A DNA stretch of 63,992 nucleotides, the filler included, from Basidiobolus ranarum (taxonomy: Eukaryota), in NCBI GenBank assembly GCA_040143965.1. It is 8 parts of 8 records of this genome, joined end to end, with 100 filler letters (N's around TTAATTAATTAA, not from the genome) between each part and the next. Parts side by side here need not be neighbours in the genome. Positions count along the whole stretch, not along the records: positions 1 to 7,987 come from JASJQH010007911.1; positions 8,088 to 16,071 come from JASJQH010007912.1; 6 more parts are not named here. One strand, written 5' to 3'. Positions 1 through 14,145 of the stretch are shown here, in pieces (position 1 is the stretch's first letter; each line of letters begins with the position of its first letter). The notes under the pieces were generated by a model. It was not told the origin of the DNA, made no database searches, and saw only the letters and a list, made by a program, of their open reading frames with translations. A program made the position numbers and the translations under genes.

Positions 1-1295
1 GAAGGTGCTCTATTTGTGCGATGGCGTGGAGCTCCTGTTACGCGATCTGAGCTAGCCGGCATTGGTGGCAAATATTGAGGGATTGGAGGCTGCGGTGGTA
101 GTGCGGACATGGATTTGCTATTACCATTTAGAGCACGTAACGTCTTGGGTCGAGTAATTGGAACAGTAGAGGCAGAATCACGACGTGAATTCCTCAACGA
201 GTGCAATCCATTGATAACATCTTGTTTGGTTGAAGGGATGCTAAAGCTTCCTGATGAAGGTAATCGGTTATTGCAGTATTTTGCTCGAATAACCGACGCT
301 TTCAACGCATTTAACCATGTTTTAAGTTCGTCAAGACTTTCGGTTTGAATATACCAAGATGGTTTAGAAGGTGTAGTGATCTCTAGCACCCAACGTTTTC
401 CAGTAAATTTATCTGTTACACAGGCAATGGTTTCAGGTGTGAGTTCAAGATATTCATCTACAATAGCACCTGGCGCTGATGATTTAAATCGAAAGAGAGT
501 AGTAGGAGTTAGCACCAAAAACCGTCTTTTCCAGCTTTTGAGTGAAAAGAAAGAGGTGCTGCTGAGCTTCAAAATCCATCCAGCAAGGGTAGCAATGATA
601 TAGACCTCACTAACTGTAACATTGTTCCTAGCTGTGTGTGACTTCTGTGAGGAGATAGTAGGTACGGAAGCATCTAAAATTTCACTAGTTTTGTCATTCG
701 CAACTTCTGGTCCTCGACTTAAGAAAGCAGTTACTGGTACACTGGGCATAGAGGCAGTGAATGTAGTCATAGAAACCGATTTTGTGATGAGTTGAGCGGA
801 TGCACTAGGAATAGGATCCAAATCCGCTTCCAAAGTGTGTGGCAGAAGGTCAGTAGAGGCGGTATCTACAGTATCGCCATCACTTTGTTGTATTTTGACA
901 AGACAGTTTTCTAATTCCCACAATAACTGATGGACCTTAGGAGAAAGAGGGCAAGAATTATCCTCTTCACTCAAAATAGATGTAGCTGAGTTGTGAGAGC
1001 CAGTAGAGTAGGTGGAGTCTTGAGAACAACGGCGGTCCATGCGCCGTTGCATGGCAATCTTCCCCAAACTATTACGCATAACCTCTAGTTCGAAAGAAAC
1101 ATCAACGACAAGCGTATGACTACATCTACGAGTTTTTTTGAACAAAGATGAGAATTCTTCAAGATCGTGAGCTTTAGTGTAACGTGAGGAGGTGGTCGCT
1201 ATACATGAATCATCTTTAGCGTAATAAAGTTGGCGTTTAGGAATGGGGAAAGTGGAAGGATTTATGGGATTTATGACAGCAAGTTCAGTGGACAT
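1..1295 (-). CDS. PH-domain protein with Ser/Thr-rich N-terminus; 3' end runs off the window
   Basis: Frame read from ATG 1295 (MSTELAVINP...). It is absent from the ORF track, consistent with no stop inside the window. About 290-590 encodes AGWILKLSSTSFFSLKSWKRRFLVLTPTTLFRFK...WYIQTESLDELKTWLNALK, a typical PH signature. Confidence 0.8.
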   Translation of the reverse strand, partial: MSTELAVINPINPSTFPIPKRQLYYAKDDSCIATTSSRYTKAHDLEEFSSLFKKTRRCSHTLVVDVSFELEVMRNSLGKIAMQRRMDRRCSQDSTYSTGSHNSATSILSEEDNSCPLSPKVHQLLWELENCLVKIQQSDGDTVDTASTDLLPHTLEADLDPIPSASAQLITKSVSMTTFTASMPSVPVTAFLSRGPEVANDKTSEILDASVPTISSQKSHTARNNVTVSEVYIIATLAGWILKLSSTSFFSLKSWKRRFLVLTPTTLFRFKSSAPGAIVDEYLELTPETIACVTDKFTGKRWVLEITTPSKPSWYIQTESLDELKTWLNALKASVIRAKYCNNRLPSSGSFSIPSTKQDVINGLHSLRNSRRDSASTVPITRPKTLRALNGNSKSMSALPPQPPIPQYLPPMPASSDRVTGAPRHRTNRAP

Positions 1296-2968
1296 TGTAA
1301 AATACATAAATATGCACAGTATGAATAATAATTATAGATGGAACTAAAAAGGGCAGTAAAGAATCGACTCAAATGAGGACCAATATTGAGGATTTATTGG
1401 AACAGAAAGAAAGAGTGAAAGTGAGAGGTTGACTGCCAAGAAACGGATTGGAATGAAGTTGAAAAGGCTAAACTAAGGCAAATGAATAAACTAGTTGTCC
1501 TGTACGCAAACTCTATTCACGCTCACTTTCACTTTCACAAATTTGCAACACGGCGCAGCTGGGGTAAAGAGTTTTGGTCACAACAAGTTCCCGATTAAGC
1601 GAGAGCTCGAAATTAAGAAAAAAAGGAGATGCGGATTAGATTCAAGGAAGTATATAATGTATCTCCTAATGAGTATGACAAATGAACTTGTCGTGTAACA
1701 CAAATAAACAATAATAGGATATGTTCTATAAAAAGCAGTATCAGAATCAAACCGACGGATCAATAGATAGCTAGATCTAGGGTGGGATTTATAGTTAATT
1801 TATTATTTAATTGAAGAACCAGCTCATATTGTTTTGGGTGCTCTACAAATATAGTAGTTAAATATATCCACTTGGCATGACGCCTCAATACTAATATTCT
1901 CAGAGATATCCCGGCACAAACTGCACTCGACTGGTGAATGCTCCCTCGGGCATTGGGACCGATCAATGCAAACTTAAGTGTAGTCGTCAAAACTCATGTG
2001 AAACCGATGAAGAAAACCAGACCGAGTAAGCAAGTGATGTCGAATCTGCTTGAAACTGAGCTAGGGTTGTTAATGAGGTTTCTGGTGATATTCCAATCAT
2101 TGCCATTATTGCTCTGGAAATAGAGCCAGGAACTAGGGCTAGAGCAGATACGTGAGGGTAACAAAATAACCCTTACGTGAAACCAACAATGCATCAGCAA
2201 GTTTCCTGTTGTCGTATGGATTACGTTTCGTCCTGTATCTTCTATCATAATATCAAGTTAGCAAATAGCTGCTCTAAATTCAGCTGAGCAAACTCGTAGC
2301 TACTGAGAATCATGGAAAACGGACACACAGTTCACACTCATACACAGGCATAATGATAGTCTCCAGCCAAAGAAGCGCTAAAATTACTGAAGAATAATCG
2401 AATTATAGTCTTGTCTCCTGGATTTATGAAATCCTCCTAGTTGTAGCAATGGTTTTAATTATTGGTAATTTTTTTGATTTCACCATCTGAGAATATTCTA
2501 TATTTGTGTTCAAGTGGCATTTTTAATTACTGATAAATCTCAACAATTGGTGATGCTCATAGTTCCCCAACATAATTAACTTCACTCTGCTCTATTTGTT
2601 ACCAACCGAAGTACTTGTAAACTCAAGGAAGTATAAACTCATTGTCACTTTCGTAATACTGTAGATACGAACTTCTACAATCCAAGAGGTCGTCATAAGG
2701 AACTGTTAAAGCAAGAAAATGACCAATCAATGTTAGCGAATCAACTGTATCTAGAAGAACACTTTATTTGTTCGCTTCTGAGAACAGAAATGTTGCTCCA
2801 AAGATCAAACACTTGTAAAGTTAAGATTAAGAAAAATGAAACAAAATAGTCAACAACGAAGAATATTTAAAAGCAAAATAGTAAAACAGGGAAACCTACA
2901 GAGAAATCATTTCGAAGCAACAAATGTTTACGCCAGGAGTAAGGCAACTTGGAATAATGATTAGTGAA

Positions 2969-5337
2969 CTATTGGGCCATCATTGGTTTGGAGTCTATAT
3001 TCAATAAAGCCTTGATTTGGTCTGAGCTAGGAGGTGCTGAGTTTTCTGTGCGGATTTGTTGATTCGAATTGATGCCCAACATTTGCTTTAACATCTGGCT
3101 TTGTCCTAATTTTGGCGATTCAGGAATAGCATATGGAACTGGCCGAGAGGAGACAAATCCAAGTAATTCATTCGCAGCGTTTGCAGTGGTTTGAGATGTA
3201 CGCCGGTTGGGGACTGAAGCGTTCGGTACAGCTTGAGTGTTAGTAACATCAGATAACAATGTTAGCAAAGACTGGGCGGAAGTATTTGATGGCTGTAATT
3301 GAGCATTGGAGGGATTTGGCTCAACATGGATAGCATCAGCAGCGTTGGATGATTTTCCGAGCAAATTCAACAAAGATCTTGTATTGGGATTGGATTGCTG
3401 ATGACCATTAGTATGGAGATGTATATCTGGCAACGATTGAACGTTGATGTCGGAAGAGTTTATATTGGGGGGCTGGGAAGATGGCATAATCCCGGAAGGA
3501 TTGAGCGACTTGGTGATGCCTAATAGAGATTTCAACTGGTTCGCAGCAGGCACAGGCGGATTGGAAATCACCGTATCAGGCGAGGGTGCAGCGTGTGATT
3601 CATACTGGTCGCCATACGAATGATATCTCTCATGGTTCACTAACAGCGAAATGAAACTTAGCAAAAGTGGTACAGTAATTTATATATATTCCACTTACAG
3701 GCTTGTTGAGCTGTGATATATGTATTATCTGGAGTTCTAGTAAGAGTTGATATTAAAGGTTGATTTGAATTAACAGGTACTCCAGTGCTATGCATTTGTT
3801 CAGAAGGCTGAGAAAGGTAAGAGGGCGACGGAGATTGTGTGATGGGCTGCGAAGGCTTCGAGTCCGAGATCTTCAGCATCGACTTAAGCATGACCTCAGG
3901 ACTAATGTCATTTACCAAACTCTGTTCTCTGGAAAGGATTACAGGAATGTGCTTTTTCACATCATTAGAAACATGGTCGTGGTGTCCTTTAGTTTGGTGT
4001 TCTTTGACCATCCCTTGCCCATTTACAATACCCAGCAAAGATTTGATTTGATTTTCAGCATTAGTCTGACCATCAACTGTTGATAATCGAGAAGAGCTTC
4101 CAGATGACTTGACGGAGCTTGATCGCTTGCCGGATTTTCCTTTATTTCGTCGATTTATCCAAGATTTCAATCTTCTGTAAAGCAAAGAAATAGGGTTAGA
4201 TATCTCTCATTCGGTGGTAATACAATACAACGTACTCACGAAACGAATGGAATGATCATGTAATAGCGATTCTTGGATTTGGAGCCAGAGATATCATACA
4301 AGCCAGGAGCACCTGTTTTGACTCTAGAGGTGGGAAGGTCTGAGATTCTATGCCATTCTATTTTCTAAATAAAATAGTTGGTATTTTGATTGGGATGCTT
4401 GTACACCAAAATTATACGCTTACACTAATTTCTTTTCGAGTCAGAGGAGTGAAGACAGTACTTTCAGGAACACCAGTGGCAATAAATAGCTTGATTCGTT
4501 GTTCATGTATAACAACCTCGATAAACTGATCATCCTTTAAATAAGGACCGATGTCAAATCCTGTTTCTTCCAGTACCTATTTGTTCATAAATTTGTGTTG
4601 GGAGAAAGAAATGCACTCTAAATAAGTAACATGACATAAACCATACAAAGTTATCTAAAATAATTACTTCACGAATGGCACAAGTGGAATCGGGCTCATC
4701 CTTATTGATTTTACCTCTAGGGAATCCCCAACCAGATCGCGAGGTCCATCCTTTTACTAGCAGGCACTATTAATTAACGGAGAATTAACAATTAGTATAA
4801 ATTAAGGACACTAATAATTACATTTGCACAAACCTTATCTTGGTTTTCGTTTAAAATGATAGCACCGCAAACAGGAACACGAAATTTGTACTGCAAAAAA
4901 TCGTTGTACGCTTTCTCATGCTCATTAGCCCATTGATGCAGTAAGGGACAATGCTTAAATAGTAAATAGCTGTTAAGGACTCGACTGACACGATATTTCA
5001 ACAAAATAAAAAGCTTTTGAACACGTAAAGTATTTCTGGCTCAAATAGTAAAAGGATATTTTTCGCGGAAAAATTTTTGAGCGTATACATGGGTAAAGAA
5101 GGATTTAACTCTCTGATAAAATCCTCATAAAACCAGTGAGCTTGTTCAATCTGAAAGCAAATACGCTCCACTGAAGCAAGCTCTTCGTCTGGTACGTTGA
5201 TGATAAACCGGCTTGAAAAAATACGTTAGAATACTTCATTTTCTCTGCCAACGCGTCAGTCGTTGGATTTGTTGAAGATAAGCAAACCTGCATAGATCGT
5301 CCAAGATTTCGGGTAACGAAGCCGTCTCAAAATACAT
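2969..5337 (-). CDS. DCP2: mRNA decapping enzyme catalytic subunit, multi-exon
   Basis: Spliced reading gives [48 protein letters not shown] (Box A), [10 protein letters not shown] and the Nudix box [22 protein letters not shown]. The C-terminus is low-complexity with Leu-rich motifs. Introns are GT-AG except one AT-AC. Confidence 0.95.
4962..5059 (-). other. U12-type AT-AC intron in DCP2 (98 nt)
   Basis: 5' splice site ATATCCTTT, branch site TCCTTAAC at 4972-4979, terminal AC. Removing it restores NFSAK-I-FKHCPLL in frame. Confidence 0.92.
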
Positions 5338-6327
5338 AGTTTAAGCTAGGTGAATGTATGATCTACTATAACTCCTAAAGATAGTTGGTAAGGTTGTATG
5401 GAGAGTAGTATGGTAGCAACTTTAGTATATATAGCCAATAATATTCGACGTGTATCGAAGTGGGTGAAAAGGGCGTCAGTGAGTAAAGGTGAAAAGAAAT
5501 TTGCTTTCAAGAAACTTCAGTTGGTTGTCTCAAGCTTGGGTATTCAGACCCGATAGGTGGAACAGAATCGAAATCCTCCCTATCCATTTCAGAACAATAT
5601 GTTCCAGTATTCTCTCTGACACTCATACTAGATTATTATTATGAAATGTAATTGATTCAGAGTAAAGATCTCCCACCCGTCGTAAATATTCGTGAAACAT
5701 GCCTGTTTGTCAAAAAAATCAGGTTAAAACGAGAATAGTTTAGCCTCCGAGACCGAATCAATAACCTTGCTCGGCCACTGGTGGATAGTTCCATTACTTT
5801 CGAGAATCTCTTAAGTTGGAGTCCTGTCGATGATTGTGGTTGCGAGTCTATCTGAAACATCGATAATTCCAGGGATCTCTCTCACATGATAATACTCTTG
5901 TCAAGAGTACAAGCTGTATCGGAATATATGCATACGTCACATTTGCATGCAATAGAGAGAGATTGGTTACCAGACTAGCCTTGACAGTTTGGGGGTCATA
6001 GTCAATGGGACAAGGTTGCTCAGAACTGCACGATTGCCGTTTGAGCACCGATCGGAAAATTGGTTAAGTCATGGGGCTACCAAGTACGTAGCATAGATTA
6101 AAAATGTACATTGGTCACTGAGCATGCACTACACACAACGCAAGTGTATATACAAAAGCTCAAAGTTTTTAGCTTTCTCGTGCTACACGCAATTAGCAAG
6201 GGGTTGGACTAATTTTCGCTTTTATTCTTGAGTCAATGTTGAATATTACAGCATAGAGATATCTGATGATTGGAGCAATTGAGCTCTAACTATAGTCCGG
6301 GATTGGCTAGCTGAGACAGGTCAGTTT

Positions 6328-7906
<1,579 letters not shown>

Positions 7907-7987
7907 CTACGAAATAAGCCTTAGTGGAAGAACTTAATAAGGAATCCAAAGAAAATAGACAGAGGGCGTTGAGATAATTTATGATTA

Positions 7988-8087
7988 NNNNNNNNNNNNN
8001 NNNNNNNNNNNNNNNNNNNNNNNNNNNNNNNTTAATTAATTAANNNNNNNNNNNNNNNNNNNNNNNNNNNNNNNNNNNNNNNNNNNN
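7988..8087. other. Artificial contig spacer
   Basis: N44-TTAATTAATTAA-N44, with stops in all six frames. Confidence 0.98.
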
Positions 8088-9921
8088 GTAGCGATTGAAG
8101 ATAATGAAGTAATATTAATCAAAATAGATCTGCATGGTTGGTCGAACTGCTTTGAATTATTGTTTACGCGCTATATTGGCTGAATATCCGCTGGCGTCGC
8201 AGTTTGAGTTGCTATTTATCGACAATACTCCTATCCCCTTTGAGCCTGATCCCTGTTGATTACTTGTCTAGGATAAAGTCCAAAAGCCATCCTTCTATAT
8301 GGCCAGATGCATACTCTCCAAGAAGCTCCACATATATTGCACTAACCCAAGTGAAAACGCCTGAAGCATGTGTTATCCAGGGAGTGGAGTATAGGCATAG
8401 AATCACCTCGCGATTTCAATAACGCATGTCGCTCACAAAGGGAGCCTGTGTCAAAGGAGTTTTAAAGATACAAAAGTGTTTATTCACTACCTCAAAGAAA
8501 AGAACTAGCTACTGAAAACTAAGAGAATGGAGCTGGTTTGGTTGAAATGTGATTGTCTCGTTTTCTGGAATACTCAACGAGATATCTAATTCTGACAAAT
8601 GCAGCACATGGGAAAGAAAAACAGTATATTAAAGAGTACGTTAATTTAAAAATAGGATCCTAAGATGAGGTTGAGGTGGATATGGAGTTGGAATCTGACC
8701 TATTTCAACCCATTGGTATGTAGTTACCTGACTCTGCCCAGGCTCCAAGACACAGACAAAGCGGTGGTTTGTGTAATAACTTTTCGGGCACGGCACGCAA
8801 TGTGAAGTGCCTTCGGAAGAATACGTTGTACCAAAGGGGAAAATAAAACCAAGCCGAGTTGGAGTTTATCAATAGCCAGTCTCTCCATCTCTCGCTAATT
8901 ATCCTTACCTCATTTCCACTTACTATAAATAATCATTAATCTCGTTCCTCAACAAAAAGTCAGGTAACTATATCGGCAATCGCGTAATTGATGAGCCAAT
9001 CTTGGTAGGCAGGGAGCTCGCATCAAATGAAGGAATGGATATTAATTCACCGATTGGACCCACTAATCTATGCTTGTTGGAGATACAGCCAATTAGATTT
9101 CAGTCCTCAGTAACCTTCATTATGGTCACAATTGCCATGAGGCAAGGATGCCGATTTTAGCCAGTGTCTATCTCTGTAGAACTAGGTTACTCCGTAAAGA
9201 GCCTGTTCTAAACACTTGCCAAATTGAGAGTAGACGAAACTATTCAAGGCATTTTAGTTAAAGTTACATAGAGCCTTGTATTTCGGGTTTTATCCACCTT
9301 TGTTAGCTTATCTCTATAAACAATACTTATCCATGTAGGCCAACTGGATACGAATCGTGTTGCTGGTAGCTGTAACAAGAATAAACTCATCGTTTGACAT
9401 TCTTTGAGGATGATAAATGGCCAGCATAAGATCAACCATATAGCAATAGGAATCCACACAACAACAGAAAGAAAACACTGGAGTAGTCTAGTTGCACACG
9501 GCGGCTAAAAACTCGAACCATCCATTAACAATCCATGCCCTAGAGCATAACTATAAATAAAACTAAGGAACGCTTGTTACTTTTGTGCGACATATTAACA
9601 TTTGATAATGGACTCTCTGTTTGCTATTCTCGCTTTGAGTGGTAATTCATACTTGCCCCCCCCCCAAGTTGGGTCTAACGATATATATTCCATCATATTA
9701 GCTAGTCTGTAGACCTATGAAGGTATTTAGTGAGTGATTAATTACGGAAAGCTAGGGTTTAATAGATGAGTTGCTCGTGTAGAATCTATAGAATAGTCCA
9801 GATAGAGATACTCTGAGAACATTGGATCTATGATTTAGATGCGAAAGTCAGCTATTTATTGATGCAGTCTTAGACTTTGAATGTGAACATTGCTATGAAT
9901 ATCGAGGAGGCTCAGACGAGT

Positions 9922-11053
9922 CTATTGCTTAAGAAATTTGATAGTGAGATCTAAAAACTCTTTGGGCTTCTCGGCATGAACTATATAATGGCAGAAAGGA
10001 TTATCAATAAATGGTGTTAAGAACATTAAGCAGACTCAATATACGTACCCCAATGCCCTGCGTCAAGCTCAGTAAATTCCACACTAGGGAAAAAGCTTTT
10101 GATAACGGGATGATAATCTTTCTTGACATAATTTGACTTACTACCTGCTACAAATAGTGTAGGCTTGGTAAATTCTTTCGATCCTTCTTTCACTGGAAAG
10201 TTCCCAAGTTCTTCTAGGTGTTCCCTTATGATATCTAGTGGTACACGCCAACGATATATGCCGTCACTATCTTTCTTGAGATTTGTCATTAAAAATAAAC
10301 GTATCCCTGCATCCTTGAAATTAAGTTGCTATGGGTAAATAAAAGCGCGCTTCACTTCATATCATTACTTTTGACTTACAGGTATATATTGCATCAAGTC
10401 TGCCTCGGCTGTGCTTTGCTTTGTATGTTTACCCTCTTCGACTTTTTTCATAGAGTCGATATAATAATAAAAGTCATTTGAAAGCTTGGCATTAACGGGC
10501 GACATGTCGGCTACGATTAATTTCTCAAGCTGAGCAGGCTTATTCAGTCCCAAGGTCATAGCTACTTTCCCACCCCTATATGTCGTTGATTGTTAAGACA
10601 GGCTAGGCTATTTGAAAATGTTGAACAATACTGCTGTACTTACATAGAATGCCCAATGACGTTTACTTTCGTAAGACCTTTCTCTTTTAAAAACTCGGAC
10701 ACATCTTCAGCTAAAGCTTCATAGTTCAGAGGCTCTAGGTGAGGGCTTTCACCGTGATTTCTCAAGTCCACAGCATATACGTCGGTGTTGAGACCACTAA
10801 CATATCTTTTGGCGAGGGTTTTCCAGTTTTTTTTGGAACCAAAGAGTCCGTGAAGAATTAATAACGGGGTTTGTGATCTTTCAGCTCCTATTCCAACTGC
10901 CTCATGGTGGTCATATTTTAACTGAACGCGAGGATTATTACTAGTCAAGGTTGAATGAAATTCACGGTTAATTAATAAGCTAGAAACACCCTGCTTTACA
11001 TTTCTTTGGCAGTGTGAGTAAAGGTTCGACGAAACTCTCTGAAGAATACTCAT
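9922..11053 (-). CDS. Alpha/beta-hydrolase, ABHD11/YbfF-like, probably mitochondrial; 4 exons
   Basis: LHGLFGS..NW, VDLRNHGESP, GHSM|GGK nucleophile motif split by an intron, DAGHW|VHAEKP. The N-terminus is Arg/Ser-rich like a presequence. Confidence 0.9.
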
Positions 11054-11449
11054 TGCTGTGAAGACAGGCCAACTTCACTAATTTCGATTTTTCTTTTACA
11101 TGAAAGGATTAGGGAAATTTGTATTAATGGACACCAATTCATTTCGTCCAAAAAGGGTAAGTAAAGCGTCTAAAAATTAATTTGATTCGTCTATAAAATT
11201 TGACGATGTCAGTACTTCTTTGAGTAAAATCCTATAAAGTGCGCAATTGAATAGTGGATGGGGTACCCCGGATTGCATAAGAGCTACCAAAAGAAGCCGA
11301 TTTACTGTACTAAAAGAGATTTTACATATCTTGTTGATCTATCTATAACTTGCGATGATTCGTAGCTGGGAGATTAAACTCAAGTTTGAAACAAAAAATG
11401 AAAGGAGGATTACACACATATGAAAAGTAGATATTGAAACAAACGGGGT

Positions 11450-13188
11450 TTAAGCTAGGGTCCACAACGAAGAAAAGGCATCCTCTTCACTAAAGAGGGT
11501 ATTGTTGCTCTCAATGGCTAGTGCAGGAGTCTTCTTGATCTTCCTGCCAAGCTCGGCAGAGATAAGAGTCGTGTAGGTATGGTCGAGGAAATCTTCCAAG
11601 TTATAGGAAGGCTTGTTGAATTTCTCCGAAAAGATCTTGGCCAGCGCAGAAACATTAGGGAAATAATGATCCTTGAGCGTCTCGATTTCCCACAACGAGC
11701 TATCCATTGCATTCGATTCCAAGGGGTCGGCCTCAGAGAAATCGTATGGATCGCCATCAGCGGAGTTCACTTGCTCATCCGAATCACGATGAATAAGGAC
11801 CATAGTGGAAGGATGACGCTTGAGGAGGTTATAGATAATAGGAATTAGAATGAGAATACCAGGGGGAGGGGCTGAAAGAGAGAGACGCGCAAGTCGTTTG
11901 ACGAAAGCGGCGACAAGACTGGATGAAAGATGTGTGGAGCTCAAAAACAGATCTAAGAGTCGGAAGAAGCGAGATCTGTACTTCACATGCAACACATTAC
12001 GATCCAATAGAGCGTATAACTTCTTGTAAAAGTCTGGATAGTCCAAATTATGCTCGTGGATGAGAGTAAAGAGACCATTCAATGCCAGAAGACTGATCGC
12101 ACCTCCAGCATTATATGAGTCCGTCAAGAAATCCATTAGTAGTGTGGGTTGAGGCATGTGGACAATAATCTTTTTGTGCATCATAACTAGGACCTTCTTG
12201 TAAATATCAGTAGTTAAAGGGAGTCTGAGAAAGGCGATCCAGCAGTCGCTGAACATTTTGCGGTGAGCTTGCAGTTGAAGAAGAACTGGCTTCTTATCAG
12301 AGTCACCCTCATCGTCCACTTTAGGCTCCTCAGTCCAGAACTCGTCGATTTCGCTTTCATCCGTTGGCATTGTTCTCAATTGCTCTAGAATAGCAAACCC
12401 ATTGGTTACTAGGATAGCCTTACTCGAGTTGGAGGCTTTGAGAAGTTCGGTACTGAAGATTTTGGCTAGATCTTTAAGGAAATAATATCTCAAATCGTCG
12501 TAGTAGTTGAGGTATTTTTCCATGAGAGCAGACTGTAGTCCACCATTGAAATTATCATTATTGACCAGAGCTTCAACAATCTTAAAATACAAAAAGTTGG
12601 GGAAAACGCCAGTCATCGATGTCTCCTTGGCAGTAAAGTCCAACAGCAAGTTAAGAGCGGTTACCTAGAGAAATAATGAATATTAGGTCTTGTTGACATA
12701 TGCATACGAAAGTGTATATTGAGAGCTTTACCTGTAAACTGGGCTCTTGGTGGCAGAGAAGCCTCAGAAGATGGTTATAATATTTGATATAGTGATCACG
12801 CAGCCAAGTTGACACTACTAGTTTTGCTTTCTCAGCCCCATCTACATTTGCATTTTCTTTGATTTTTTGAAGGTCACCTTTCTTCAAAAAATCAACAAAA
12901 ATTCTTTGCAACGAATTGATTGCGGCATAAATGATTTCTGGGTGTTCGTTCTATTGAAAGACAAGATATATATAATATAATGAGTTCAAGTGCACAGTTA
13001 TATATTATTAGTAGTCTTCATGATAGTACCTCACAATATTCAACGATTTGAACTATATCGTTCAGATTTTTTTTACTCTCTTGCACACCTTTCTCGAGAG
13101 ATCTAACTTTGGCGATGGTTTCTTCAATTTCCTTCTTTATAGCCTTTGGCTTAGAGTCAGTTCTCTTCTTCTTGCGTACAGGTGCCAT
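11450..13188 (-). CDS. NOC4: Nucleolar complex protein 4 (CBF/Mak21 domain), multi-exon
   Basis: ATG at 13188 (MAPVRKKKR...). Motifs LMDFLTDSY, LLALNGLF, LDYPDFYKKLYALL, VKYRSRFFRLLDLFLSSTHL and SSLWEI..L.DHY.PNV. Confidence 0.92.
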
Positions 13189-14145
13189 TATATGTATATA
13201 TTGGTTGAACGTCTAGCGTTGACACTACAGTCGAGATATTTAACTTATAGAAATTAAAAAAAAAGAAAAAAAAACTTACGATTTACTATGACAGTAACAT
13301 AGCCTTCGGTCACATGTAATTTCTCATTATGATTAAATTATGTCTACTTTTGTTTGAATTTTTTGATTTTTTAAATCATCAGTGAGCATATATAGAACTG
13401 AAATAGTTTGGTTGTACCATGGTGTAAATCTATCACACGTTCTAGGTGCTACAAATTGTTTGAGCCATATCGTTACCCTTTCCTTCCAAGTACTTGGTAC
13501 TTCCAACAACAAACCATAAATGCAAAAGTGAGTTTTTTGATGGATTCTGACATAAGTTAAGAGCACACTAAGACCGGTTATTCTAACTTGTGTCAAGTTA
13601 ATTTTGACGGGCTCACGTTCTAGGTAATTTCCAATATATTATTTCTCAATTTCATCTCGTTGTTGGTTTGAGAACCTTGTTACAGAGAAAGGTTTCGTTA
13701 TTCTTTGAATAAAATGTATTTCATTACAGAAATCCTTTTCGAAATTCTTGTCGTTGTTTAGAACATATTTGTACTATGACAGTAAGAGATGAATTCATAA
13801 GGAAACGTATTTCAGTTTACTACCATATTCATAACTAACTTCTTGTAGGATATATTCTAGAACAATCTGCGATCGTAGTAACAATGAAATTTGGCAACTT
13901 ACTAACTATTTATATGATGGAAAAGTTTTAATGGAAAAACAAGCCAAATGAGAAAGAAAAAAAAAAGGTCCAGGGATGGAAAAATCAAAATCATGTCAAA
14001 GCATATACACAAACAGTTTATTAAACGTAATTAATCTCTTCGACCGTTCCTAAAGGTCAAAGTTGACACTGCCCAAAACAACACCTTTTTCAGTTTGACA
14101 GTGTACAATTCCCTTTATTAAATAGTGCACTTTTGAGAGTTGAAT

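Noticed and set aside
109-603. Plus-strand short ORFs here, and similar antisense ORFs over NOC4, RPC1, NOS, YTA7 and FET4
   Set aside because: They are shadows of real genes on the opposite strand and have no motifs of their own.
5466-5520. AAAAGGGC...GTGAGT resemblance to the U11 snRNA 5' end
   Set aside because: The match is short, with no convincing stem-loops or Sm site. It lies in the DCP2 upstream region.
8032-8043. TTAATTAATTAA recurring every ~8 kb as a biological repeat or CRISPR-like array
   Set aside because: It is always centred in 88 Ns, so it is a synthetic six-frame stop linker.
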